64,000 nucleotides of DNA from Sphagnum compactum. Its lineage: Eukaryota. The stretch lies in assembly GCA_965153455.1 (NCBI GenBank), contig OZ234494.1, positions 1,984,001 to 2,048,000 of the forward strand, read 5' to 3'. The notes beneath the pieces were generated by a model. That model was not told the DNA's origin. It saw only the letters and a list, made by a program, of their open reading frames with translations, and did not search any database. The position numbers and the translations under genes are program-made. Shown here in pieces: positions 14,101 through 25,766 of this stretch (within the stretch, counting starts at the first letter, position 1; each line of letters opens with the position of its first letter).

Positions 14101-14227
14101 AGATCGGGAGAGATGGACTCGCATGAGCCTAATGAGCATGGCAGGATCTGGGAATTTTAGTATTGACCGTACAACTCGTGAATATGCTGACAATATTTGG
14201 GGCATTAAACCTGTGGATCGATTTTGA
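5194..14227 (+). CDS. Alpha-1,4-glucan (starch/glycogen) phosphorylase, GT35, with transit-peptide-like leader and N-terminal ACT domain; ~1032 aa, 22 exons
   Basis: GT-AG exons traced in frame: 5194-5964, 6498-6612, 6782-6882, 7378-7469, 7983-8118, 8675-8743, 8900-9001, 9125-9223, 9417-9527, 9630-9836, 9963-10070, 10284-10379, 10472-10528, 10926-11072, 11460-11519, 12125-12229, 12404-12565, 12649-12722, 13042-13165, 13427-13518, 13707-13827, 14078-14227 (3099 nt). Motifs: [54 protein letters not shown] and the PLP site [14 protein letters not shown]. Confidence 0.95.
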
Positions 14228-15899
14228 AACTTCTGTCAGCATGTTATTGCCTTGTGATAAGCTTGGAGGTTGAAAGTATAGTGTGCATGGCTCATTTGTG
14301 AACTCATTCAAAACCTAATGCCCAATGATGAAAATGCACACCTTTAGATGTTCAAGAATGGCTGTTTGCTGTGCAGACAGCAATGCCAGTTGAACTATAT
14401 ATAACAAAGCCCAAGAACTGGTTCCCTTTACCCCACATAATTCTTTCTGCAATCTCTTGGATATTGGCTGATGCAGATGTACTGTATCGAAGGAGTCATC
14501 TGTGGTGTGCTTGAAGGAAATGTTCAGGGTGCAGGAGGCCCCAACCACTACCTTCTATGTATGGCTCTCTATTCCTTTGGCTTAGATGCTTGCTTATAAA
14601 AGGGCAAGCTAAAATGAAATGAAGCTTATTTTCACAAGTTTATTACAGCTTGGATGAGGATACTATCAACTTCCTTTTTAGCCTCTCTAGTGCCAACCAA
14701 CATCATGACTGAGTCTTCTCCTTGCTTCTGCAAATGTAAAACTCAGGACACAGATATATTTAATATTTTTTGCCCCTAAGTTTTGAGCAGTTTATCATGC
14801 ACCAATCTACACCCATTCTTGTTGGAGCTCATGAAGCCAGAGGGCTAATGGCAGTTAGTCACTGCCAATTATGCTGAAGGTGATGGTCTGATATTTGTCA
14901 GGGCTTGGGTTGATTCTTTAGAAATAGAAAAGATCTACATGCAATAATCGAACGACAATTAGTGACCACGATTTAAAACATGGTTAGTTTTGTGTGGAAA
15001 GTTAGAGATGTTTTAAATGAATGAACTCGCAAGGTATAATGGTGAAAGGAGGTTTCACTTTGACAATTGCTTGCAAACATCTGTATAGTTTAGACATACA
15101 ATTTTTCCTATGTCTCCCTCTTGTTTACAACATTTATAAGACCTTGATATGGAACATGACCCTAGCAAAACATTTTAGGAGACTCCTGAAACCAAGATCA
15201 AATTCTGATTGTTTAAACTTCCCAAGTTTTTGTCAACATCACTAATTGTTTTAAGTGGCTATGATCAAAGCCAGCAAATTATTGGGGATATTCATCATCT
15301 TGTTTGCCAAAAAAATGTTTCATAACTATTTACAATTATTAAGAAGATCGTATATAAGGAAAATATTAGGATTATAAAATGTTCTTTGTTTACATGCTTG
15401 ACAGCCTTGACTACCTCATTTTTAGGCGAGTGTCTAGAATAAAGAATACCTTCCTTAGATTGCAATGCTCATTTGAGCAATATTATTCATGAGGATAATG
15501 ACCAAGCACAAGTTGTAGTTTGCGTGAAGGTTGCACTGTGATTCTAGAACAATTTTAAAATGTGATGTCTTTCGCATCAACCACAAGGTTTGCCTTTAAA
15601 CAATAAGCTTTGACGCACCACATTTAGCAATGAGTAAATGTCCTAGTGATGGAAAATCATCAAAAAGTTGTCCTCATGTGGGAAACAAATCAAGTTGACT
15701 ATTTTTGGGAAGTTTTCAAGTTGAACTTTATTTTTGTGTTGTGACAAGGCCATCAACAAGTTTCAACTTCATGTGGTAAGGTTGACTAGATAAATTGTAC
15801 TCTATTGTAGGGGGGGGGGGGGGGGGGGGTGCATTTTGGAGTAGACTTGGTTTACACATAGATGGACATCAAGCCCATTATAAGCTTGTAATAAATTTT

Positions 15900-16500
15900 C
15901 TTGAACATGTAGCTTGCAAGGATATAGTGCACAAGAAGACTAAGACATCTTTCGACCCACCTATCCAATTCCTTTACCCAAAATTTGTACATGATGTTTG
16001 CTCAATTTACAACATGTCCTTAATATGCTCGCATTAACGTTCTTGCATTTTTATTGTTGAAATAACAAACTCTTTCTCTTTGGCAAATAATATGAACGAG
16101 TGCAAGAAATTTGACATTGTATGGGTCCTTCATCTTAGCCACATTCCATTGCTCATTAACCACATGGGCTTCATGTAACATAATCCTTCCTAAGGTTTTT
16201 TATGCTCTTACTTTTTCAACCCGTTTTTTTTTCTTTTAGCCCCTTTGCTGAATTTTTGAATCTCTTCCCTGAAATGTGCTTGTCTACAACTACTACTTTG
16301 TCTCCAATTCTAGCAAACACTTCTTGTTTGTTGTTTTCTTTCCAAGTGTTTAGGAATTCCACTAATAGTCCATGCCTAGGACGTTTCAATTCTGTCTCAA
16401 GCAACCCCACTAACCTTGCTCTACTAGCCCACTCTTTCTTTGGGTTCCCCTATTCAACTAGGTAAATATCCTTCCAATTCAAGTTCATATGCTTGTTCTG
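15900..16500 (-). pseudogene. Decayed coding-like remnant of unknown, probably TE-associated, origin
   Basis: The minus strand reads as protein-like segments across stops (NWKDIYLVE*GNPKKEWASRARLVGLLETELKRPRHGLLVEFLNTWKE...EQWNVAKMKDPYNVKFLALVHII). No domain recognised. Confidence 0.3.
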
Positions 16501-18218
16501 CGGGTGTTAACATGAGTTTGTCCTTGTTTTTTACTAGAGCATGCACTACATGTCCTTAACATCTATGTGTGCCATGGATTTAGGCCATGGTTAGGGTGTG
16601 TGTAAATGAGATTGGTATTTATAAAGAACTTCAGAACCTAAACAATGCGAATGTGGTGATGTTTCTTCACCTTGTGCTTGTGAACATGATTGCGTCTGCT
16701 ATGGTTGTTATATGTCTTCCTCCTTTGAATTTGAAATGATAACTAGTTACGTGGGTCTAGCTCATGTTTTGGTGCCCTGCTTCTGTAAATTATGAATTAC
16801 AGCCTCCACTTCCTATCTCGGTCATGTTGCTCTTCGAAGAACAAGTGTGTTAAAGTTGGGTTGAAGTGATGGTGTTGTTGGTGGTCCATATCTTGGAGAT
16901 TGCACCTACACTGGCACTACATACACAATGTCTCTTGCACAACTTTGCGAATCTTGTTGCTCACGAATTTTTTTTCACTTGTTTTCTTTCTCTCTTGCAA
17001 AACATTGTAACGTCTCTAGAAATCTCTCATTTTTCATCTCACCTACTGAAAACAACAATACACAATGATGTAACTATTGGTAGCAATTATCATTATTGTT
17101 TACATGGAAACGACGACCTTTGTCACTTTTTGGGGCAATGGGGGCCTTTTAGGGTTCATACTTAATGAGTGATCCATTGTTAAAATACTCTTGTTAAAAT
17201 ACTGTACCTTAATTTGTTTTGACACTGCATTGATGACTACCACATCAACCACATGTAATTTGTTTGTGACTTGTGAACATCACAACATTTTCACACTCAG
17301 GAAGTATTTCACATAATTATTTAGCTACTACTACTCTCACAGGCAGGAAATGTTTTACCCACAATCCTATTTAGTGTTCATGTTCCAACGTACTCTGAAA
17401 TTTGAGGGTGATGGTAGGTGAGAGTCAGTTACTTGGGGATTGATCAGTCACAGTTGTGCAAAGTATTACTCCCTCTCTGGATGTGTTGTGAATCCTTGAA
17501 GTAGGCCTGGTATCAAAGATATGCAGAGAAGGAAGAAAAATGTTAAATGTATTTATGTATGTATGTAGGAATGCAAGCAGATGGGAAAACTCAAAATTGG
17601 GATGTGTTGAGAGATGCCACCAAAAAATTTAATACTTCTGTAAAGGAACATGTCTTGTCAGGGTGGTGCTTTGCAATTGGCTCGAGAACACACTCAAATC
17701 TCTTTGAAGCAGATTCCATATTCATTGTGGCCAAAAGTAAAACATTTCAAGCACAAAAGGTGGGAAGCTCTGCTGAAAAGGGAAAGCATAGAAGACGACT
17801 TCTTGTGATGATGATAACCAATTCCAGACCTTCCAGCAAGAAAAAATGACATCCCCTTCACATTGACAAACCAATAGGTAGCCGTGAAAGCTAAGCACGG
17901 CAGTCTTGTTTCTCGACCGATGGGAGGATGATGATGTTCCCGACCTATAATTTATGGGGGAAAAAAACCCCAAATCGTAAACTGGGCAAGAGTAGAGAAA
18001 TGAAACACACCAGAGCGGATATCAAACACATATGCGCTCCATCTTCTTCAGTACTTTGGAAGAAGACCGAAGCGGCTTTCGTCCCCGATTCCACCAGAAG
18101 TTGCCGCGGGCAATTGCGTGCCAATTTATCATGGCAAAGAAAAACAACAGTACAGGTATAACAATATCGCTATGTTGAAGACTCACGCTCTCTATCTCTC
18201 TGTCTCTGTCTCTCTGAT

Positions 18219-18746
18219 TCATTTAGAAAGATTTAAACCGAGAGCCATCTCCGGAATGAACGCAGACACAAGAATACCATCGTTATCCACAGAACAGAAA
18301 TCACCAGGTCGTATCGTCGCTCCAGCGACTTCAACCACGACGTTGAGCTCGCCTTCTCCTCGCTTCCCGCTCTTCACAGGACAAGCGGCCAGAGCTCGCA
18401 CTCCGATACGACAATCGTTGATCTCGTCCACATCACGCACACAACCATTGACGATAATCCCCGACCAGCCCTGCGTCTCCGCGAGCTTGGCGACGTTTCC
18501 ACCGACGAGCGCCGTCCTCAAGCTCCCACCGCCATCGATCACCAAAATTCTTCCCATTCCCGGCTGCTCCAACGCCCTCCGCACCAGCACATTGTCCTCC
18601 AACACCTTCACTGTTACCACATGGCCCGCGAAGATCCTGTTGCGACCGTAAGCCTGGAAGAAGCCGGGCTTCAGCACCTGGAGCTCGCCCGCCGCGAGCC
18701 GCGCCTCCTCCGCGTCGCACACATCCGCCGTCAACAGCAACGCCAT
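18219..18746 (-). CDS. RraA-like protein / putative 4-hydroxy-4-methyl-2-oxoglutarate aldolase (175 aa, intronless CDS)
   Basis: ATG at 18746 (the track's 18752 start is GTG). Motifs [57 protein letters not shown] and IRPGDF...DNDGILV are typical of the RraA/MenG family. Confidence 0.92.
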   Translation of the reverse strand: MALLLTADVCDAEEARLAAGELQVLKPGFFQAYGRNRIFAGHVVTVKVLEDNVLVRRALEQPGMGRILVIDGGGSLRTALVGGNVAKLAETQGWSGIIVNGCVRDVDEINDCRIGVRALAACPVKSGKRGEGELNVVVEVAGATIRPGDFCSVDNDGILVSAFIPEMALGLNLSK

Positions 18747-18876
18747 TGCCACACTTGCGTTTGCTTTCTATCTTTCTCCAGCCAGTGACGCCCCTTCTCT
18801 CTGCGGACTTGTTTCACAAAATGGATGGATGAACTAATGCATCCATGGATGGACGGACAGACGGACGGATGCAGCC

Positions 18877-19350
18877 TTTTTTTGGGCCAGTTATATATAG
18901 CCAGAAAGCTATATTAAATATTGAAAGTGCTAAAATTATGTGCTTTTTGAGATTTTCAATAGCCATAATTCGACCAAAATTTAAGAAAAATCGAAAATTT
19001 TCTGTAAGTAGGTAGCCAACTTACAAATGGATAGATAAATGGATGTAGCCCCCCCCCCCCCCCCCCCCCCCCCCTTTTTTTTGGCTGCCTATATATAGCC
19101 AAAAAGCTATATTAAAAATTGGAAGTGCTAAAATTATGTGCTTTTAAAAGATTTTCAATAGTCAAAATCTGACCAGAATTTAAGAAAATTTGCCATATTT
19201 CTATACACCATTCAAGTAAGGTAGCCAAAAATATAGCAGGATGTCTTTTAAAAAGTTTGCTTTCATATTGAGCTTCTGGCCAAAACATGGCTAAATCATC
19301 CTGTGGATCATCACCACTTTGGCTACAACACAAAATTGACCAAAAAAAAC
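18877..19350 (+). repeat. Short dispersed repeat, two tandem copies (first partial), within GATG-rich flanks
   Basis: tatatagcca..aagctat..aagtgctaaaattatgtgcttttt..gattttcaatag occurs at ~18893 and ~19091, separated by a poly-C tract. The second copy ends ...ccactttggctacaacacaaaattgaccaaaaaaa. Relatives occur near 33490, 41335 and 57714. Confidence 0.7.
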
Positions 19351-19978
19351 ATTGGATGGATGAAAAAATGCATCCATCGACGGATAGATGGATGGATGTA
19401 TGGATGGCATGTCATCCATTCATCTATTTCATCCATTTGTCCACAGATTGCATTAGGAAGGCATGTTAATGGCATAATTTGCTTGCATGAAAGGTTGGAT
19501 GTGAAATATATTTTTGCAGTGTCACATTCTGAACACCGCTGGAGATGATCTATTTATTCATCTTGTAGCCTGCAATACTTATGACAATTTTCAAAACACC
19601 TCAGCTTCATATTTTTCACAAATTTTCAATTCAATATTTAAAAGATTATTTAAGAAGGAAATTAACCCTAGGATAAGGTACTTTTTTCAATAAATCTAAA
19701 AAATAAATAAAATCCTTGTGATACCCACCAGGTATTACACGAAAAACAAATTAAAAATTAAAATCCAAGACATGATAAAGCCCTCGGCCCATGTGGATTA
19801 ATCCAATTCAAAAGCAATGTGGGGAAAAAAATGCAAAAAAAAAAATTTCCTTTTCAAAAGATCAATTTTCATTTCATCCCTTGTGTACCTTATTTTCAAA
19901 TGAAACTCTTTTCAAAAGACCTTGGAATGTTGTTGTTGGAGGGATGAAAAATGGAAATAGTTTGTTTGCTAATTAGAT

Positions 19979-22900
19979 CATCATCATCATCATTGCCCTT
20001 TACTAGCCTAGCCCTTTCCATGCATGTAATGCGTGTCAAGAGTGTCAGCCAGATGGTGCCACATGATCACCAAACCAAACGGACAAAAGCTACAAAGGTA
20101 GCTTATGCTCAAGCCTACAGTCGACAAAACCGGAGAGGCTGCTGCTGAGTGGGCACCGAGGTGCCCTTCCAAGTGGGCAGCTCCTTGGTGCTAGCCCGCC
20201 ATTGAGGCCAGTCCTGAACGTGTTCATACCAACCCCCTTATGCGGATGGTATGCCAGTTGCCTAAAGGTCCTTGCACACTGTGGAGACAAAGGACTGGGC
20301 AGGGCAGCCCCTGGAGAGTTAGGCACCACGCAGACGTGAGAACAACGCCTAACGTGGGTACCTCTCCTCAGGCATCCTAGCCATGTGCCCCAACCATGAC
20401 AGCCTTCTTTGGGCCAAAAGCCACCTCAGAAAGGGTACATGGCACCTGCCCCTCAGATGCTCAAGGCTGTGGCGGTTAGCGATGCCGACCCCCAAAATTC
20501 GCCTCAGGCAACTGCTATACACGGTCTCCAGCCTGTCCCTTGTGCTTGCGTCAAAGGCCACGTCTCACTACCGTAGATGAAGTGCGAAACGATAAAAGAG
20601 CTAAAAACCTTCACCTTGGTCTGCACCGAGAGGTGGCGATTCCCCCACACATGGGAGAACTGCGCAAAAACGCCCAGCCCAAGCGCACGGCGAACATCAA
20701 CCTCCTCCTACAAGTTGGCTTGGGAGTTAACGATGCCTCCCAAATACTCGAAAGACTCCACCAGCTGCACAGAGCCACTACAGATGGGGGTGTCAACAGG
20801 CAGCTGGGGGGCACCCCTGCCCACTAACATGATCTTGGTCTTGGCAGCATTGATGCGCATGGCCATCTCAAACGCCCAGAAATCAACCACCCTCAACATC
20901 TCCACCAGCTTCCCAGCATCCGTGTTGAACAAAACCATGTCGTCTACATACAACATCACAACAATGGTGGCAAGAGACAAGGGCCCTGAGCCAGGGGTGT
21001 ACACCAACTCCCCTCCAAACCAAAAACCTCCACCCCATAGTCTAGCAGCACCCTAGGGGCCTCCTTAACGTTGAAGTCGAAGAACACATTAAAAAGCAAA
21101 GGGGCAGCCACACAGCCCTGCCACACACCACTAGTGACCGGAAAGCTACGCCCCAAATGACCACCAAGTTGCACAACGACCTGTGTCCCCGAGTGTAGGT
21201 CCTCCAAGAGGTTGATGAGGAGGGCATGGACACCATAGGTGCAAAGAACCTGCCACAAGGCATCTCGGTTGATGTTGTCGTAAGCCTTGGTGAGGTCAAT
21301 GAAGGCCAGGTGCAGCTGCAAGTTGGTGTTGGCCTAGGCCCACCCTGAAAGCTGGCACAGGACAAACATTACATTGATTGTAGCCCTGCCACCACGAAAA
21401 CCACACTGAGCTTCATGCAAATGGCCGCCCACACATTGCCCCAAGCGGTGCATCAGCAACAGCGCATAAACCTTGCCTAGGATATTTAGCAGACTAATTC
21501 CCCGGTAGTTGTCTGCGCACTAGAGCGAGCCTTTGCCCTTGTATAGTGGCACTATTCCACGCCTTAGGGGCCCTGCCACTACGCCAAATAGCCAAGATGA
21601 CCCTGTGGAGCCAAGCAGCAGGCTCCAACCCTCCCTTCAACAACGGGGCAATGATACCATCTTCCCCAGGAGTCGTTGCATTGCGCAACGCAGTAATGCA
21701 CTCAGCCACCTCCTGCAAAGAGGGCTCGTCACAAACCTCACTGACACGCTCCTAAGTCCCTTGTTGAACCCACTTGAGGGTCCAACTATGTAGAGTTGCG
21801 AAAAGTTGGGACTTGAGGGCCGCTCCTGACTTCCAGCACTAAGAGGGGTAGAGGGGCGTGCTAGAAGTCCCAGGATTAGACTAGGAAGAGGACAAGCGTT
21901 TCACCTACTCAAATCTGCATCAAAACCAACCCCAAGTTGGTTAGAACCCATTCTGCACCCTTTTGGTGTTGGGACAAGCCACAGGCTAACTCAGACTCAC
22001 TTGACTCACCACGGCCCGAACTCGGGGGAAGCCACCACCTTCCCCCATATAGTATACTCTGCGTCTCACCGCGGAGGCTACATCCGAATGGCTCTTTTTC
22101 CCGGGACTCCCAAGTTGGAGTCCCGAAACTGTCCCGGGTTGGAGTCCCAGAACTTTGGGAGCTCGTATCTCCTGGCTCCAAGCTCCGATTGGAGTGAGGT
22201 CTCAACCAAAGTTGTAGCTCTCTTCGAGAGCTTTTCAACGCCATGTTGCACTCCTTCAGGCGACGTTGGGAAGAGGTCGATTCCCAACTTTTAGTGGTCG
22301 GGAGTCAAATTGCCAGTTTGACTCCTGGCCCTTCTTTTGCCCATAACTTGGGCTGCAGATGTCCAAATGGCTAATGCGAGGGCATTTTAGACATCTACAC
22401 TTCAAGAACTTTTCATTGATATAAAGAACACCTCAAGGCGAGGTGTTTTGACCCCCTGTAATCGCTTCTGAGTTTTTGGGAGTCCTGGAGGACTCCAACT
22501 TCCCACTTTTGGGAGTGTGGGCTTCACCCTCACACTTAACCCAAAGTGGGGTTGCGACACTCACCCTCAGCACCCAGGGAAGACTCAACCTCACAAACCA
22601 GGGTGTCCAAGAGATCCCGAGCTGACGAGGAGATGTCCCCCCCACCCCCCAAAACCTCGGCGAAATGCTCCCCAAAACGTTGCAGCACGGCCTGTGGGCT
22701 TTGAAGCGGCACACCAAAATGGTCCAGGATGCACTACGGGGCACCCCGACTCAACGCCACACCAGCCATGGACCTGACCTGCTGAGCCCACTGCCTCGGG
22801 TGACCGGCTTGCTGCAGACGCTCAATAACCTCAGCTTGCTTTCGCGCAAAAGCGTCCACATCAGCAGCAACTACCCTCCCATTAGCCTCCCTGTAAGTCG

Positions 22901-24166
22901 AGCACAAGTCAACAAACTGAGGGCGGGCCAACAAAGCACAATAAGCCCAATGCTTGTCAACAACCATGGACAACGTTGCCTGCGTGAGACCAGGCTTGTG
23001 GCGGCGAACAGGCCTGGCCTTCCCTACCACCTACCCTGCGGCCTCAAAGATCTCACATTCCAGGGTAGACCACTCCACTTCAGGGTCCAAGAAATCAAGA
23101 GACAACAAAGCAAACTAATTGCGCAAGAAGCGGCAAAAGTCTGTTACTGCCTGCGACCTGTCCCTCAGGGCAACTGCATCCCAGACCCCACTAGAAGTTG
23201 CTGCCCGTGGAAGGACTCACAAACGTAGCTATAGAGTCGTGGCAAGCAGCCGGTGGTCGCTATTGCCATGGCAAACACTTGTAAAGACCCAGTCTGACAC
23301 CCCACACATGAGGCTGTGGGAGCACATAATGTAGTCCTTGACGTACTAGCACTGGGTGGGAGGATGGAACCAGGTGGCCAAGTGGCTAGGCCAGTGTGGA
23401 AAGAAAGTGTTGGCCAAACGGAGCCCAAAAGATGCCGCCAGATCCAGGAGGTGATCCCCATCGTCAAAGGGCGCCTCGCTGTGGTGGAAGTGATGCCGGC
23501 CCATTGCGCCAGCAGAAGTCTCCTAGCAACGGCTAAGCTTAATGTTGAAGTCACCCAACACCACCACCTTGTTAACAGGGGGCACGGCCTTCAAGTAGCC
23601 AAACAGGAGCAAATGAAAGGCATCCTTGACGGAAGTGTTAGACACATCTGTGGGCGCATAGGCCACCACCATCGTCACATGCTGGCCAACAATGGCCCTG
23701 AAACAAGCTGAAAGCAAGCGAGGGCCAAACTGGCAAAAAGCGAGCATGGCCTCCTTCCATCTAGGCAAGATCAAGAGGCCCACCCCTTGCTGACGCCCCA
23801 CGTCCCCGCCTGACCAAAGCACGGACCAGTCGTCTCCCTCCACAAGGATATCACACTCGCCCTCGCCCGGCCAACGCAGCTCCTGCAGCCCATAGAGCCC
23901 GATGCCTAGATCTGACAACTGCCCTGCCAACATCGCTAGCTCCAGCCGCCCCTCCTCGCCCACCGCACACGTCTGAAGGTTGTATGTAGCCAATTTAACA
24001 TGACGTTTCACAAGTTGGACAGGCTGAGAAGACCACGCACGGCGAACTGTGGTCAAGCGGTTCCATAGCTGACCATTGACCCCTCGCCGGCTAGGTAGCA
24101 AGCCCCGCATTGTTGTCTCACACGATGGGGGAGGGTCAACGTCCTTGAAGTCACAACAAAATGTGT
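19979..24166 (-). mobile_element. RTE-clade LINE (APE endonuclease + RT), decayed, interrupted by a solo LTR
   Basis: EN motifs LATYNLQT, GLQELRWPGEG, GVGLLI, VAYAPT, VVLGDFN (ORF 23523-24179). RT motifs AFIDLTKAYDNINR, GVWQGCVAAPLLFN, LYVDD. RTE-type C-terminus RLSWLGHMARMPEERYPR. The 3' tail is (ATG)n (catcatcat at 19979-19993). Candidate TSD TAATTAGAT at 19970-19978 and 24167-24175. No ORF1. Confidence 0.88.
21742..22559 (-). mobile_element. Solo LTR (818 bp) related to the neighbouring chromovirus LTRs
   Basis: The reverse complement begins TGTCGCAACCCCACTTTGG and ends ...GGAGCGTGTCA, like the LTR at 24900-25716. Perfect 5-bp TSD CTCAC at 21737-21741 and 22560-22564. Confidence 0.93.
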
Positions 24167-24899
24167 TAATTAGATGCATTTAAGATACTCATCACACTAT
24201 GATAAATTGTTGCTTCTAATTTAGAGGTGGTCATTTCCTACTTGCTAAAGGATACAATTACACATGAATTGTATCAAACCATTCCAACTTTAAAAACAAT
24301 TGTTACCCTAATCTCACATGGCAATCATCTATATGTAATTACCTATTTCTACATATTTGACTTCCTTTGGAAAGGATGGCCAAGGATGATGATGTTGTAG
24401 GGACATTAATAGAACATAATTTTGGAATAAAAACGTGTTAATGTTAAATGAACATATGGGTTTCCATCGGATCTTGTTATTAAGTTCAATTGTATGATAT
24501 CAAAAATTTGAAAATATTTTTTATCATTAACGAACATGGATTCACCTTCAAATCCATCACATGTATTAGTACGTACTTGTTTTCCATTCATTATGTCAAA
24601 TGAAAAATACTAGTTACGGAAGATATTAACACCAGGTTATAGGAAAAAACAAAATAAAAATGTATTACCATTGCAAGTATGATTTGTTTACATTTAGTAA
24701 ACACATTCCATGATCCTAATTTTATCATAGGTGTGAAGTTTTTTGTTTTAAAAAAATTGTGAATACTCATTTGAATAAATGGTGGAAGTTGAAGTTGGCA
24801 TGACTAAAAACCTTTTTACCTATATTATATGTATTAAGTTTCTTTCAAAGATGGAATTATTTGGATACAGAAATTCAACGCAATGTACAATTTATCCAC

Positions 24900-25716
24900 T
24901 GTCGCAACCCCACTTTGGGCAAAGTGTGAGAATGCAATTCACACTCCCAAAATTGGAGACTTGGAGTCCTCCGGGACTCCCAAAAACTCAGAACTCCATT
25001 GCAGGGGTCAAAACACCTTGCATTGAGGTGTTCTTAATATCAATGGAAAGGTCTTGAAGTGTAAATGTCGAAAATGGCCTTGCATTGGCTATTTGGATAT
25101 TTGCAGCCTAAGTTATGGGCAAAGGAAGGGCCAGGAGTCAAATTGGTAGTTTGACTCCCGACCATTAAAAGTCGGGAATCGACTTGATCCCGGTGTGTGC
25201 AGGTCAAATACAATACACTGTTGGAAAGATCTCGAGGAGAGCTACAACTTTGGTTTAGACTTCACTTCAATCGGAGGTCGGAGTCGGGAGATATCAACTC
25301 CCAAAGTCCCGGGAGTCCAAACCGGGACAGTTTCGAAACTCCTCCTTGGGAGTCCCGGGAAAAAGTGCCATTCGGATGTAGCCTCGGCGAAGAGCTGCAG
25401 AGAATACTATACGGGGGAAGGTGGTGGCTTCCCCCGAGTCCGGGCCGTGGTGAATCAAGTGAATCCAAGGTTGCTCGTGGCTTGTCCTAACACCAAAGTT
25501 ATCCAGAAAGTGGTCTAACCAACTTGTGTTGGTTTTGATGCAGATTTGAGTAGGTGAAAAGCTTGTCACTCATCCTAGTCCATCCCGAGGCTTCAACACG
25601 ACCCTCTACCGCTTTTAGTGTTGAAGGCTGGGAGCGTGCCCGGAGTCCCTCCCTTTTCCGCAACTTGAACCAACTTAGTCCAACTTGGGACTAAGTAGGG
25701 ACTTGGGAGTGCGTCA
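24900..25716 (+). repeat. 5' LTR (817 bp)
   Basis: tgtcgcaacccc...gggagtgcgtca; matches the 3' LTR. Confidence 0.95.
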
Positions 25717-25718
25717 CT

Positions 25719-25730
25719 TGGTATCAGAGC
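25719..25730 (+). promoter_or_regulatory. Primer-binding site complementary to initiator tRNA-Met 3' end
   Basis: TGGTATCAGAGC, 2 nt after the LTR end. Confidence 0.93.
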
Positions 25731-25766
25731 TTAAGGTGAGCTCGATTCACTTCTTGGGAGTTTCGG

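Noticed and set aside
18118-18651. 177-aa plus-strand ORF
   Set aside because: It is the antisense shadow of the GC-rich RraA CDS.
18219-18746. Recent bacterial HGT of an intronless, GC-rich rraA
   Set aside because: RraA-like genes are a normal plant family and this sequence looks plant-type; nothing else nearby is bacterial.
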